DNA of 17,689 nucleotides, taken from NCBI GenBank assembly GCA_965648915.1, contig CBFGIV010000048.1, forward strand, positions 1 through 17,689, given 5' to 3'. This DNA comes from a candidate division WOR-3 bacterium (GTDB lineage: Bacteria > Hydrothermota > Tepidihabitantia > SM23-42 > CAYGYG01). The translations under genes and the position numbers were made by a program. The notes under the pieces were generated by a model, which saw only the letters and a program-made list of their open reading frames with translations, did no database searches and was not told the DNA's origin. Shown in pieces: positions 10,456 through 17,689 of the stretch. Each line of letters opens with the position of its first letter. Position 1 is the first letter of the stretch.

Positions 10456-11226
10456 CTACGCCCTTAAGATAATCCCCCGCTTTGATTTAGTTATAAAGTC
10501 TAACAGGTATTCAACCGATAGATTTTTATTGTATCTAATCTTAAGCTCTTTGATTGCCCGGGAGAGGTTAAATCTTGAGCGGTAGATTACTCTGTAAACT
10601 TCCTTTAATACCGCATACTCTTTCAGTAGCCCATTACGCCTGAGCCCCTGGAGATTGACACCCCGGATCCGGCAGGGATTCCCCTGCCCGATAAAGAAAG
10701 GGGGAAAGTCTTTATTGAGATAAGAATTAGCCCCGACCATTGCCAGTTTCCCAACCCGGCAGAACTGGTGGATGCCGACCAGCCCACCGATCGTGGCGCA
10801 GTCCTCAATCTCCACATAACCACCGAGTTGCGAACCGCTTGTGATTACAACCTCATTACCGATTCGAACATTGTGGGCGATATGGACATAGGTCATAATG
10901 TAGTTGTTATTGCCGATGGTTGTAGCTTTACCCGGACCGGTTGCCCTGGTTATTGTGGCAAATTCCCGAATTATATTGTCATCGCCGATAATACAGAAAC
11001 TCTTTTCTCCTTTATAATTTCGATCCTGCGGTTCTTTACCGATGATCACTCCATCTGCGATCCGGCAGCGGTCACCGATTGTGACATCTGGACCAATCAA
11101 GACATAAGAACCAATTTCACAATCATCACCAATGCGGGCGCGTTCAGAGATTATTGAGTAGGGTCCGATGGTCGTATTCTTGCCAATATCGGCCTTACTG
11201 CTTATTGAACTCAATGGATGGAGCAT
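10456..11226 (-). CDS. lpxA: Acyl-ACP--UDP-N-acetylglucosamine O-acyltransferase
   Basis: Hexapeptide repeats, 'PQD..YKGE', 'IREFATITR.T', 'HIAH', 'HQF', 'GVN..GLRR.G'; directly downstream of fabZ. Confidence 0.95.
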   Translation of the reverse strand: MLHPLSSISSKADIGKNTTIGPYSIISERARIGDDCEIGSYVLIGPDVTIGDRCRIADGVIIGKEPQDRNYKGEKSFCIIGDDNIIREFATITRATGPGKATTIGNNNYIMTYVHIAHNVRIGNEVVITSGSQLGGYVEIEDCATIGGLVGIHQFCRVGKLAMVGANSYLNKDFPPFFIGQGNPCRIRGVNLQGLRRNGLLKEYAVLKEVYRVIYRSRFNLSRAIKELKIRYNKNLSVEYLLDFITKSKRGIILRA

Positions 11227-11253
11227 AAATTTATAAGCAATTAGCCGAAGGTG

Positions 11254-11682
11254 CTAAGTCGTCCCGGCCATCAGGGTTGCTTCACAGACCGTATTACCAT
11301 CTACAGAGGCTGTCCCTTCCATTTTGACAAAGTTGCTCCAGATCTGAACAATCTTTACCTCCAGCCTCAAGCGATCACCCGGAAGGACCGGTTTTCGGAA
11401 ACGGGCTTTTTCAATCCCTAAGAATAGAGGTATCTTACCTCGCCATTTTTCATCCCGCATCATATAGATGGCACCGGTCTGGGCAAGTGCCTCTATAATC
11501 AGGACCCCGGGCATTATCGGTCGATCAGGAAAGTGCCCTTGGAAAAATGGTTCGTCCTGCGATACATTTTTATAGCCGGCAATGTAGTTGTCACCCAATT
11601 CGGTTATCCGATCGACAAAGAGGAAGGGATAACGGTGTGGAATAATTTTTTTGATTTCGTCGATATCGATATTTTTTTCCAT
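11254..11682 (-). CDS. fabZ: 3-hydroxyacyl-ACP dehydratase
   Basis: 'IPHRYPFLFVDR', 'FFQGHFP..PIMPGVLIIEALAQ', 'FRKPVLPGD'. Confidence 0.97.
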   Translation of the reverse strand: MEKNIDIDEIKKIIPHRYPFLFVDRITELGDNYIAGYKNVSQDEPFFQGHFPDRPIMPGVLIIEALAQTGAIYMMRDEKWRGKIPLFLGIEKARFRKPVLPGDRLRLEVKIVQIWSNFVKMEGTASVDGNTVCEATLMAGTT

Positions 11683-11687
11683 ACGAA

Positions 11688-11715
11688 ATTATACGCATCC
11701 TTCAAGCTTCGTCAA
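11688..11715 (-). promoter_or_regulatory. Sigma70 promoter for fabZ-lpxA, probably leaderless
   Basis: Minus strand TTGACG (11715-11710), 16 nt, TATAAT (11693-11688), 5 nt, ATG 11682. Confidence 0.72.
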
Positions 11716-11790
11716 GCATGGAAAAATTAAAGTGTACCGATCGATTACTGACATTTTGGAGACGGTAAGAATTGTAGAGTATTTTTTGCT

Positions 11791-11849
11791 TTGCAAAATT
11801 TATATAGTTGGATATAATAGGTGTAAATAGTAAAGTTCCATCAGGAGGT
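11791..11849 (+). promoter_or_regulatory. Sigma70 promoter and Shine-Dalgarno for the DUF2723 operon
   Basis: TTGCAA (11791-11796), 16 nt, TATAAT (11813-11818); AGGAGGT before GTG 11854. Confidence 0.65.
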
Positions 11850-11853
11850 TTCT

Positions 11854-14553
11854 GTGAAGTTGAAGATTTTCTTTTTGTTAATTTTGATTCTGATCGGTGG
11901 GGTTGTTTATTTATATACGGTTGCCCCGACCCTATCTTTCTGGGACTGTGGTGAGTATATTGCGGTCTCCTATGCGTTAGGCGTTCCCCATCCACCGGGC
12001 ACGCCCTTTTTTGTGATTTTTGGTCGGGTCTGGGTTTTGATCTTCAAGGTCATTTCGCGGATTCTGCCGATTTCCCGGGAGGTTGCCTGGCATATGAACC
12101 TGACGGCGGTCTTTTCTTCTTTAGTATCCTTAGGTTTTATTTATATCATCACCTTAAAGTTACTGAGGCGGTGGCGGGGTGAGGATGGTTCAATCATTCC
12201 CTATCTTGGTGCCTTCAGTGCCAGTTTAGTGCTGGCGTTCAGTTATACCTTTTGGGAGAATGCGGTAGAGACCGAGATGTATGCGCCGGCGACGGCGGTT
12301 TTACTCTTCATCACCTATTTAGCCTTGCGCTGGCATGAGGATTTAGAGGTTGGGGTGGATCGGAGTCGGTATCTTCTTTTCATCTTTTATTTAGTATTTT
12401 TAGCATCGGGGATCCATCTTGCGCCTTTTCTGGCGGTGGTGCCGTTATTCATCTATATTTTTATGGTGCGGCGGCAGTTATTGAGGGATGTTTATTTATG
12501 GTTAATCGGGTTATTTGTGGTTTTAGGTTTTTTTGCGGTTTTTATTGCTTCGGACCGGTTATTCTGGCCGAGTATTATTCTTTTAGGGTTAATTCTGGTA
12601 GTTGGTATTTTTATCAATTTAATGTATTATGAGCGGTATCGGAATGGTCTTTTATTCTGGGTTGGGGTTTTAGTTGTGGTGATAGGATTTTCGAGTGAGT
12701 TATTTTTAATCATCCGGGCGAATGTTCTGACCGAGCGTTATAAGGCGAAAGACCTGACTGTGCCGAGGATCAACGAGGTCGATCCCCGGACCCTCCAGAC
12801 CTTCTATGATGTCCTCCACCGCAAACAGTATGAACCGATGAGTATCCTGCCGCGCCGGACTCAGATTCAGACCGGGTTTAATGCGGTTGCAGGCTATTTT
12901 GAGCAGGTCAAGATGTATATGAGGTATTTGGGCTGGCAGTTTGTATCAGAAGGGTTTATTCGGGGGCCGAGGGTGCTTTTGCTATTGATCTTCTATTTCT
13001 TAGGTATCTGGGGTATCTATCAGCACTGGCAGAAGGATAAGAATACATTCCTCTTTATCTTCTTGCTCTTCTTTATGACCTCTTTTGCGTTGATGACCTA
13101 TTTGAACTTAAAATTCTCCCCCTCGGACCCCAATCCCGCTCATCAGCCCCGCGAGGTTCGGGAGCGGGACTATTTCTTCCATCCCGGCTTTGCCTATTTT
13201 GCGATATTCTTAGGTATCGGGTTTGTATCGTTTATTGACTGGGTGAAGAGATATTTTTCAAAGTTCAAGTTTGCTCCCTATGTCAGTATGGGGTTGATTC
13301 TGCTTTTGCCCGTCATTCCCTTTGCCACCCATTTTAAGTATAAGAACCGCTATGGCAACTGGATACCAAGGGATTATGGTTATAATATGCTTGCCTGCTG
13401 TGAGGACAATTCTCTGGTCTTCACCAATGGTGATAATGATACCTTCCCCCTCTGGTTTGTCCAGGAGGTCTTAGGTTATAAACGTTCGGTGATCGTTGCC
13501 AATCTATCGTTGATCAATACCAACTGGTATATTAAACAGTTGAAATACTGGGGTGCACCGATCACTTTTCCTGACCGATTTATCAATACCTGTGAGACCT
13601 GGCCCAGAGTTACTCAGGATGGAAGGGTGATTCTGACCAAGGATATCATAGTGCGCCATATCCTGGCAAATAATTTTGGTCGGGAAATGGAGGACGCTGA
13701 CTATTTTATTCCGCAGCCGGAATTTGTTCGCAAATTTATAAAAGGCTCATCAAAAGGGAAGATGACGATCTATTTTGCTACAACCGTTTCGGAGGATAAT
13801 CTTGAAGGTTTTAAACCCTATCTAAGGCTGGAAGGTTTGGTCTACCGGATTGTGGGTGATAGTTCCGAGGTTTACAGTAGTTCACCCGGTAATATTGAGA
13901 CTGATATTACTCGAACTGAAAAATTCTTTTATAAAAAGATGCGCTATACCGGCATCTTCTATCCTGAGGATTTTCCATTTCTTTCAAAGATTATTCCTGA
14001 TTTTGAAAAGAGAAGAAGAGAGGGTGAATTTATAAATTATCGAGTTTATAAAGATGAAAATACGAGGAGATTGCTTTCAAATTATGCGGCAGGGCTCTAT
14101 GCGCTTGGCTACGAATATCAGCGCTCAGACCAGCTGGAGAGGACGAAAGAGGCCTGGCAGTGGGCGCTTCTCTTCAGACCCGAGGGTGATATTCCCTTTC
14201 TTTATAATCTGAGTGTTCTCTACCTTCAGATTGGGGCGTATGATTCATGCCTCAGTTATCTTAGAGCAATTGAAGCACGGGGGGTTAAAGATGCGGGGAT
14301 ATATTTCCGGATTGCCGGCTGTTATCAGGCAATCGGTAACAACCATATGGCGGCTGAATACCTGAAAAAGACAATTGCTCTCCAGCCGAGATTTCGCGCT
14401 GCTTATGAACTTCTGGTTGGTATATATCTGAGTATGAATCAGGTTAATGAGGCGATTACCGTATTGAATAACTGGTTAAGGATTAGTCCCGGTGATACCG
14501 CAGCCCAGCGGATGCTTGAAGAATTGACCGGGAAATTTGCACCTGGAAAATGA
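11854..14553 (+). CDS. DUF2723 (TMEM260-like) GT-C membrane glycosyltransferase with C-terminal TPR repeats
   Basis: 'APTLSFWDCGEYIA....LGVPHPPGTPF', 'FW.NAVE.EMY', 'RERDYFF', 'FTNGDNDTFPLW..QEV', 'NLSLINT.WY'; many TM helices; TPR-like helical C-terminus. Confidence 0.88.
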   Translation: MKLKIFFLLILILIGGVVYLYTVAPTLSFWDCGEYIAVSYALGVPHPPGTPFFVIFGRVWVLIFKVISRILPISREVAWHMNLTAVFSSLVSLGFIYIITLKLLRRWRGEDGSIIPYLGAFSASLVLAFSYTFWENAVETEMYAPATAVLLFITYLALRWHEDLEVGVDRSRYLLFIFYLVFLASGIHLAPFLAVVPLFIYIFMVRRQLLRDVYLWLIGLFVVLGFFAVFIASDRLFWPSIILLGLILVVGIFINLMYYERYRNGLLFWVGVLVVVIGFSSELFLIIRANVLTERYKAKDLTVPRINEVDPRTLQTFYDVLHRKQYEPMSILPRRTQIQTGFNAVAGYFEQVKMYMRYLGWQFVSEGFIRGPRVLLLLIFYFLGIWGIYQHWQKDKNTFLFIFLLFFMTSFALMTYLNLKFSPSDPNPAHQPREVRERDYFFHPGFAYFAIFLGIGFVSFIDWVKRYFSKFKFAPYVSMGLILLLPVIPFATHFKYKNRYGNWIPRDYGYNMLACCEDNSLVFTNGDNDTFPLWFVQEVLGYKRSVIVANLSLINTNWYIKQLKYWGAPITFPDRFINTCETWPRVTQDGRVILTKDIIVRHILANNFGREMEDADYFIPQPEFVRKFIKGSSKGKMTIYFATTVSEDNLEGFKPYLRLEGLVYRIVGDSSEVYSSSPGNIETDITRTEKFFYKKMRYTGIFYPEDFPFLSKIIPDFEKRRREGEFINYRVYKDENTRRLLSNYAAGLYALGYEYQRSDQLERTKEAWQWALLFRPEGDIPFLYNLSVLYLQIGAYDSCLSYLRAIEARGVKDAGIYFRIAGCYQAIGNNHMAAEYLKKTIALQPRFRAAYELLVGIYLSMNQVNEAITVLNNWLRISPGDTAAQRMLEELTGKFAPGK

Positions 14554-15467
14554 AGGTTGTTATCTTAGTATCCCAAGGATTGGATAGCAAACTTGCCTGG
14601 GCCTGGTGTCAGAGAGTGGGTTTTGAATGCCTGCCTCTGTATATCAGTCATCCATTTATTCAGAGAAAAAATTTAATATCGACAGATAAAGGAGTGGAGG
14701 TGTGCAATCTCAATAGGGAGTTCCTCGAGATTATTAAGAACCCTAAATATGGATTTGGTAAATATATGAATCCCTGTATCGATTGCCGGATCCTGATGCT
14801 AAAAAAGGCAAAAGAGTATATGGAATCTACCGGTGCCAGTTTTGTTGTAACCGGTGAAGTCCTTGGCCAGAGGCCGATGTCACAATTCTTAAAGACCCTG
14901 ATTGTGATCGATAAATCGGCCAATCTTGAAGGCCGGGTTCTGAGACCACTCTCAGGTAGACTGCTTCCTCTTACTGAGATGGAAAAAGAGGGGATAATCG
15001 ATCGGAACCAACTCTTAGATATCCAGGGGCGATCAAGACGGAGACAGTTGCAACTTGCTCACGAATGGGGAATTAAAAAATTTCTATCACCATCAGGGGG
15101 ATGCCTGTTGACTGACCGGAATTTTGTCGATCGGCTCAGAAAGGAGTTAAAATTTAAGAAGGAATTGAGCGTCCGGGATATTGAGTTACTGAAAATTGGG
15201 CGACACTATTGGATTGACGGTGTTAAGATCATCATCGGCAGGAATAATGAGGAGAATAATATTATCGAAAGGTTGGCCCAGAATGGTGAGATTCTGCTGC
15301 GTGTCTTGAATTTTGGCAGTCCGGTAACTTTATTCAACGGTAAGGAAGAATTACTGTTAAAGGCTGCACAAATGACAAAGAGATATAGCGACGGTAAGAA
15401 TGAAGAAGGGGTTGTGGTGGAGTATAAGATCGTCGGCCAGGGAGAGGTAAGAAGATTCTCAGTTTGA
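14550..15467 (+). CDS. PP-loop tRNA thiolation-like enzyme (ThiI/MnmA-related, no THUMP domain)
   Basis: PP-loop variant SQGLDS, 'PKYGFGK.MNPCIDC', 'TGEVLGQRPMSQ', 'GRSR..Q', 'GGCLLTD', 'GRH', 'GRN..EN'. Confidence 0.8.
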   Translation: MKVVILVSQGLDSKLAWAWCQRVGFECLPLYISHPFIQRKNLISTDKGVEVCNLNREFLEIIKNPKYGFGKYMNPCIDCRILMLKKAKEYMESTGASFVVTGEVLGQRPMSQFLKTLIVIDKSANLEGRVLRPLSGRLLPLTEMEKEGIIDRNQLLDIQGRSRRRQLQLAHEWGIKKFLSPSGGCLLTDRNFVDRLRKELKFKKELSVRDIELLKIGRHYWIDGVKIIIGRNNEENNIIERLAQNGEILLRVLNFGSPVTLFNGKEELLLKAAQMTKRYSDGKNEEGVVVEYKIVGQGEVRRFSV

Positions 15468-15469
15468 CC

Positions 15470-15497
15470 TTGCCAGAATCGATTTTCTGAATATAAT
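15470..15497 (+). promoter_or_regulatory. Sigma70 promoter for the NDP-sugar dehydrogenase
   Basis: TTGCCA (15470-15475), 16 nt, TATAAT (15492-15497). Confidence 0.65.
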
Positions 15498-15500
15498 AAT

Positions 15501-15514
15501 ATTGTTATAACAAT
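15501..15514. promoter_or_regulatory. Perfect 14-bp palindrome, candidate operator
   Basis: ATTGTTATAACAAT is its own reverse complement and covers the predicted transcription start. Confidence 0.45.
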
Positions 15515-15585
15515 GGTTTGGATAGATATTTTTTGAAATTTTAGAAGTTTTTAAGATATAGCTGGTGTTATTCTAAGAGGTTCTT

Positions 15586-16887
15586 ATGCTTGAGAAGAAG
15601 ATTAAAGAGAAGAAGGCATCGATTGGTATAATTGGAATGGGGTATGTGGGTTTACCCTTAGGCGTTGAAATAGCCAAGGCAGGATTTAAAATCTTAGGCG
15701 TAGACCTTGATAAAGAGAAGATTCATATGATTAATAAAGGGAAGAGTTATATATCTGATGTTACTGATGAGGAACTAAGTATACTGGTTGAGGATCGTGT
15801 AATTTCCGCAACTTATGATTACAGTCGTTTAGGTGATTGTGATATTATCCTTATCTGTGTTCCGACTCCAGTAACTCAGGCCAAGGAACCTGATGTCTCT
15901 TATATTATAGATGCGGGAAAAAGAATAGTAAAGATTCTGAGGCGCGAACAGTTGATTGTGCTCAAGAGCACTACCTATCCATTCACCACCCAGGAGGTTC
16001 TATTGCCGATTCTGAATAAGAAGGGACTAAAGGTCGGTCAGGATTATTATCTTGCCTTTGTCCCTGAGCGGATCGACCCCGGGAATAAGGAGTTCGGGAT
16101 CAGAAATACACCGGCGGTGATTGGTGGGGTCACGCCGCGCTGCACTGAATTGTGCGCCCTATTTTATGAACAGTTTGTTGAGAAGGTGGTTAAAGTATCG
16201 TCTCCTGCTGCAGCAGAATTGACAAAACTCTTAGAGAATGTCTTCAGGAATATAAATATTGCATTAGTGAATGAATTTGCCTTGCTCTGTGAACGGATTG
16301 GCGGATTGAATATCTGGGAGATTGTGGAAGCGGCAAGGACCAAGCCTTTTGGCTATATGCCTTTTTATCCCGGCCCGGGTGTGGGTGGACATTGCATACC
16401 GATTGACCCCTATTATCTATCCTGGAAAGCACGGTGTTATGACTTTCATACATCATTTATTGAACTCGCTGCCAAGATAAATGAGGATATGCCTTTTTAT
16501 GTTGTGGATAAGATTGTCAAGGCATTGAGTAAAAATGGTTTATGTCCGGCAAAATCCCGGGTTTTCGTTTTAGGTGTAACATTCAAGAAGGACATAAACG
16601 ATTTAAGACACTCACCCAGTCTCAGGGTTATCGAGATCCTTGAAGATCTGGTGGGTGAAGTTGTCTATCATGATCCATATATTAATGAATTCCGTAATGG
16701 TAAGAAGATTTACCGGTCAATCAAACTCGATCGGAAGAATTTAAAAGATGCCGATTGTGTCGTTATCCTTACCGATCACTCAAAATTCAAGCCTGACTTT
16801 ATCTTAAAACATGCCAAACTGGTTGTTGATACCAGAAATTTAATTAAACAGGCTGACCCCAGGGTGGTAAAACTCGGGGCAGGGTAA
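15586..16887 (+). CDS. Nucleotide-sugar 6-dehydrogenase (UDP-GlcNAc/UDP-ManNAc dehydrogenase, WbpA/WecC-like)
   Basis: 'GMGYVGLPL' Rossmann motif, 'ICVPTP', 'PERIDPGN', 'KLLENVFRNINIALVNE', catalytic 'GVGGHCIPIDP'. Confidence 0.93.
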   Translation: MLEKKIKEKKASIGIIGMGYVGLPLGVEIAKAGFKILGVDLDKEKIHMINKGKSYISDVTDEELSILVEDRVISATYDYSRLGDCDIILICVPTPVTQAKEPDVSYIIDAGKRIVKILRREQLIVLKSTTYPFTTQEVLLPILNKKGLKVGQDYYLAFVPERIDPGNKEFGIRNTPAVIGGVTPRCTELCALFYEQFVEKVVKVSSPAAAELTKLLENVFRNINIALVNEFALLCERIGGLNIWEIVEAARTKPFGYMPFYPGPGVGGHCIPIDPYYLSWKARCYDFHTSFIELAAKINEDMPFYVVDKIVKALSKNGLCPAKSRVFVLGVTFKKDINDLRHSPSLRVIEILEDLVGEVVYHDPYINEFRNGKKIYRSIKLDRKNLKDADCVVILTDHSKFKPDFILKHAKLVVDTRNLIKQADPRVVKLGAG

Positions 16888-16900
16888 TAACAAGAATAGA

Positions 16901-17482
16901 TTATAGATCGAGGAGATCCCTTCGGGCCGAACAGGCGATCAGGTTGATGACCGCAGGATCGGTTAAAATTGTGCGAATACTCTCGCCGATTGCTTTATTT
17001 AAATTCTTTATCTGTTCAAAGAGTTGTTTTAGTTTTTTATAACTGATCTCAGGCTTACCCATTTCTTCAATCAATGCATTTATTGCCTCTTTGATGAGTT
17101 CTTTAACATCAGATTCAACCTGGTTGAATTCGGTATCGGCCATTTTATTATTAAGATCCTTCAGGCGCTGGATGATATGAGTCAAGTCGGGTTCAGATCG
17201 CGGTGCCGACCTGGGGAAGGTTGCATTGAAGGCGATATCATCTTCAATCAGGTCGATGCCCTTGGAAGTGATACGGGCGGCCACGAATATATCTCCTTCG
17301 AGAGGTTTGTGCAGTTCAACCAGCCCCTTGCTTTCGAGGTAGACAATGTTAAAATTTAATTCGCTCCTGGAGACCTTAAGGTCTTCGATAAACTCTTTAG
17401 GGGTCACAGAATTATAGGGATGGTCGCAAAATTTTTTATAGAGGATTTCGAGGATGTTCCGGCGCAGTTCCTTATTGTCCAT
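16901..17482 (-). CDS. Hypothetical protein with N-terminal winged helix-turn-helix and C-terminal helical domain
   Basis: 193-aa ORF with its own consensus promoter. The pattern 'RRNILEILY...EL..NIVYLESKGLVE......ARITSKGIDLIE' is wHTH-like, followed by a Pro-rich linker and amphipathic helices. Confidence 0.75.
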   Translation of the reverse strand: MDNKELRRNILEILYKKFCDHPYNSVTPKEFIEDLKVSRSELNFNIVYLESKGLVELHKPLEGDIFVAARITSKGIDLIEDDIAFNATFPRSAPRSEPDLTHIIQRLKDLNNKMADTEFNQVESDVKELIKEAINALIEEMGKPEISYKKLKQLFEQIKNLNKAIGESIRTILTDPAVINLIACSARRDLLDL

Positions 17483-17493
17483 ATCTAAGAAGG

Positions 17494-17521
17494 ATTATAC
17501 TGGTTTTAAGTAGATTGTCAA
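17494..17521 (-). promoter_or_regulatory. Sigma70 promoter of the wHTH gene (very short leader)
   Basis: Minus strand TTGACA (17521-17516), 16 nt, TATAAT (17499-17494), 11 nt, ATG 17482; no Shine-Dalgarno. Confidence 0.8.
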
Positions 17522-17562
17522 GCCCGGCTTGAAAGGAGATGATCTTGTGGGTAAATTTAAAG

Positions 17563-17689
17563 TGTTACGCCACAGCTAAAATGTCCCCTTAACTGCACAG
17601 CGACATGTCCCCTTTTTATTATTTTAATTAGATTTTTATGAAAATCAATACTATTCACCATCATAAGGAAATTTTTGGATGAATTTGTC
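17563..17689. mobile_element. Probable terminal repeat of an IS1202/ISNCY-type insertion sequence, continuing beyond the window
   Basis: Starts TGT (17563), followed by two tandem imperfect repeats CACAGCTAAAATGTCCCCTT (17571-17590) and CACAGCGACATGTCCCCTT (17596-17614). This is the multi-site end architecture of such elements. No transposase lies inside the window. Confidence 0.5.

Noticed and set aside
11227..11257. TTAGCA-16-TATAAA upstream of lpxA (minus strand) as an internal promoter
   Set aside because: Both hexamers are weak and the ATG is only 3 nt away, too close for a start site; not counted among the eight promoters.
11900..12960. Strong G/T skew in the 5' half of the DUF2723 gene
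   Set aside because: Explained by Phe/Leu/Val/Gly-rich transmembrane segments.
17529..17562. Possible Xer/dif site next to the IS end (TGTGGGTAAAT resembles the XerD arm TTATGTTAAAT)
   Set aside because: Only 7 of 11 positions match and there is no credible second arm.

Overview
Bacterial (diderm, lpxA-positive) chromosomal window with three parts. (1) 1-~3200 is an AT-rich accessory block. It holds the 5' end of a TolC/CusC-CzcC-type outer-membrane efflux gene (minus strand, missing from the ORF track), an MNT-HEPN (MntA/HepT-type) toxin-antitoxin pair followed by a Cys-rich DUF2703-like gene, and a BldN-like ECF sigma factor with a DUF5667-type membrane anti-sigma that ends in a 9-Cys tail. 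(2) ~3340-16890 is housekeeping: an M16 peptidase pair, cvpA, folC, glyA, purA, fabZ-lpxA (minus), a DUF2723/TPR membrane glycosyltransferase-like gene, a PP-loop tRNA thiolation-like enzyme and an NDP-sugar dehydrogenase. (3) The right end has a winged-helix hypothetical gene and a probable IS1202/ISNCY-type element end. Most notable: a BldN-type ECF promoter (CGTAAC-N16-CGTC) lies directly in front of the efflux gene, with a degenerate copy inside the start of the sigma gene, suggesting a metal/thiol-sensing ECF regulon. Also, all eight recognisable sigma70 promoters have a 16-bp spacer, and several imply leaderless mRNAs. All family calls come from motif recognition by eye, not database searches.
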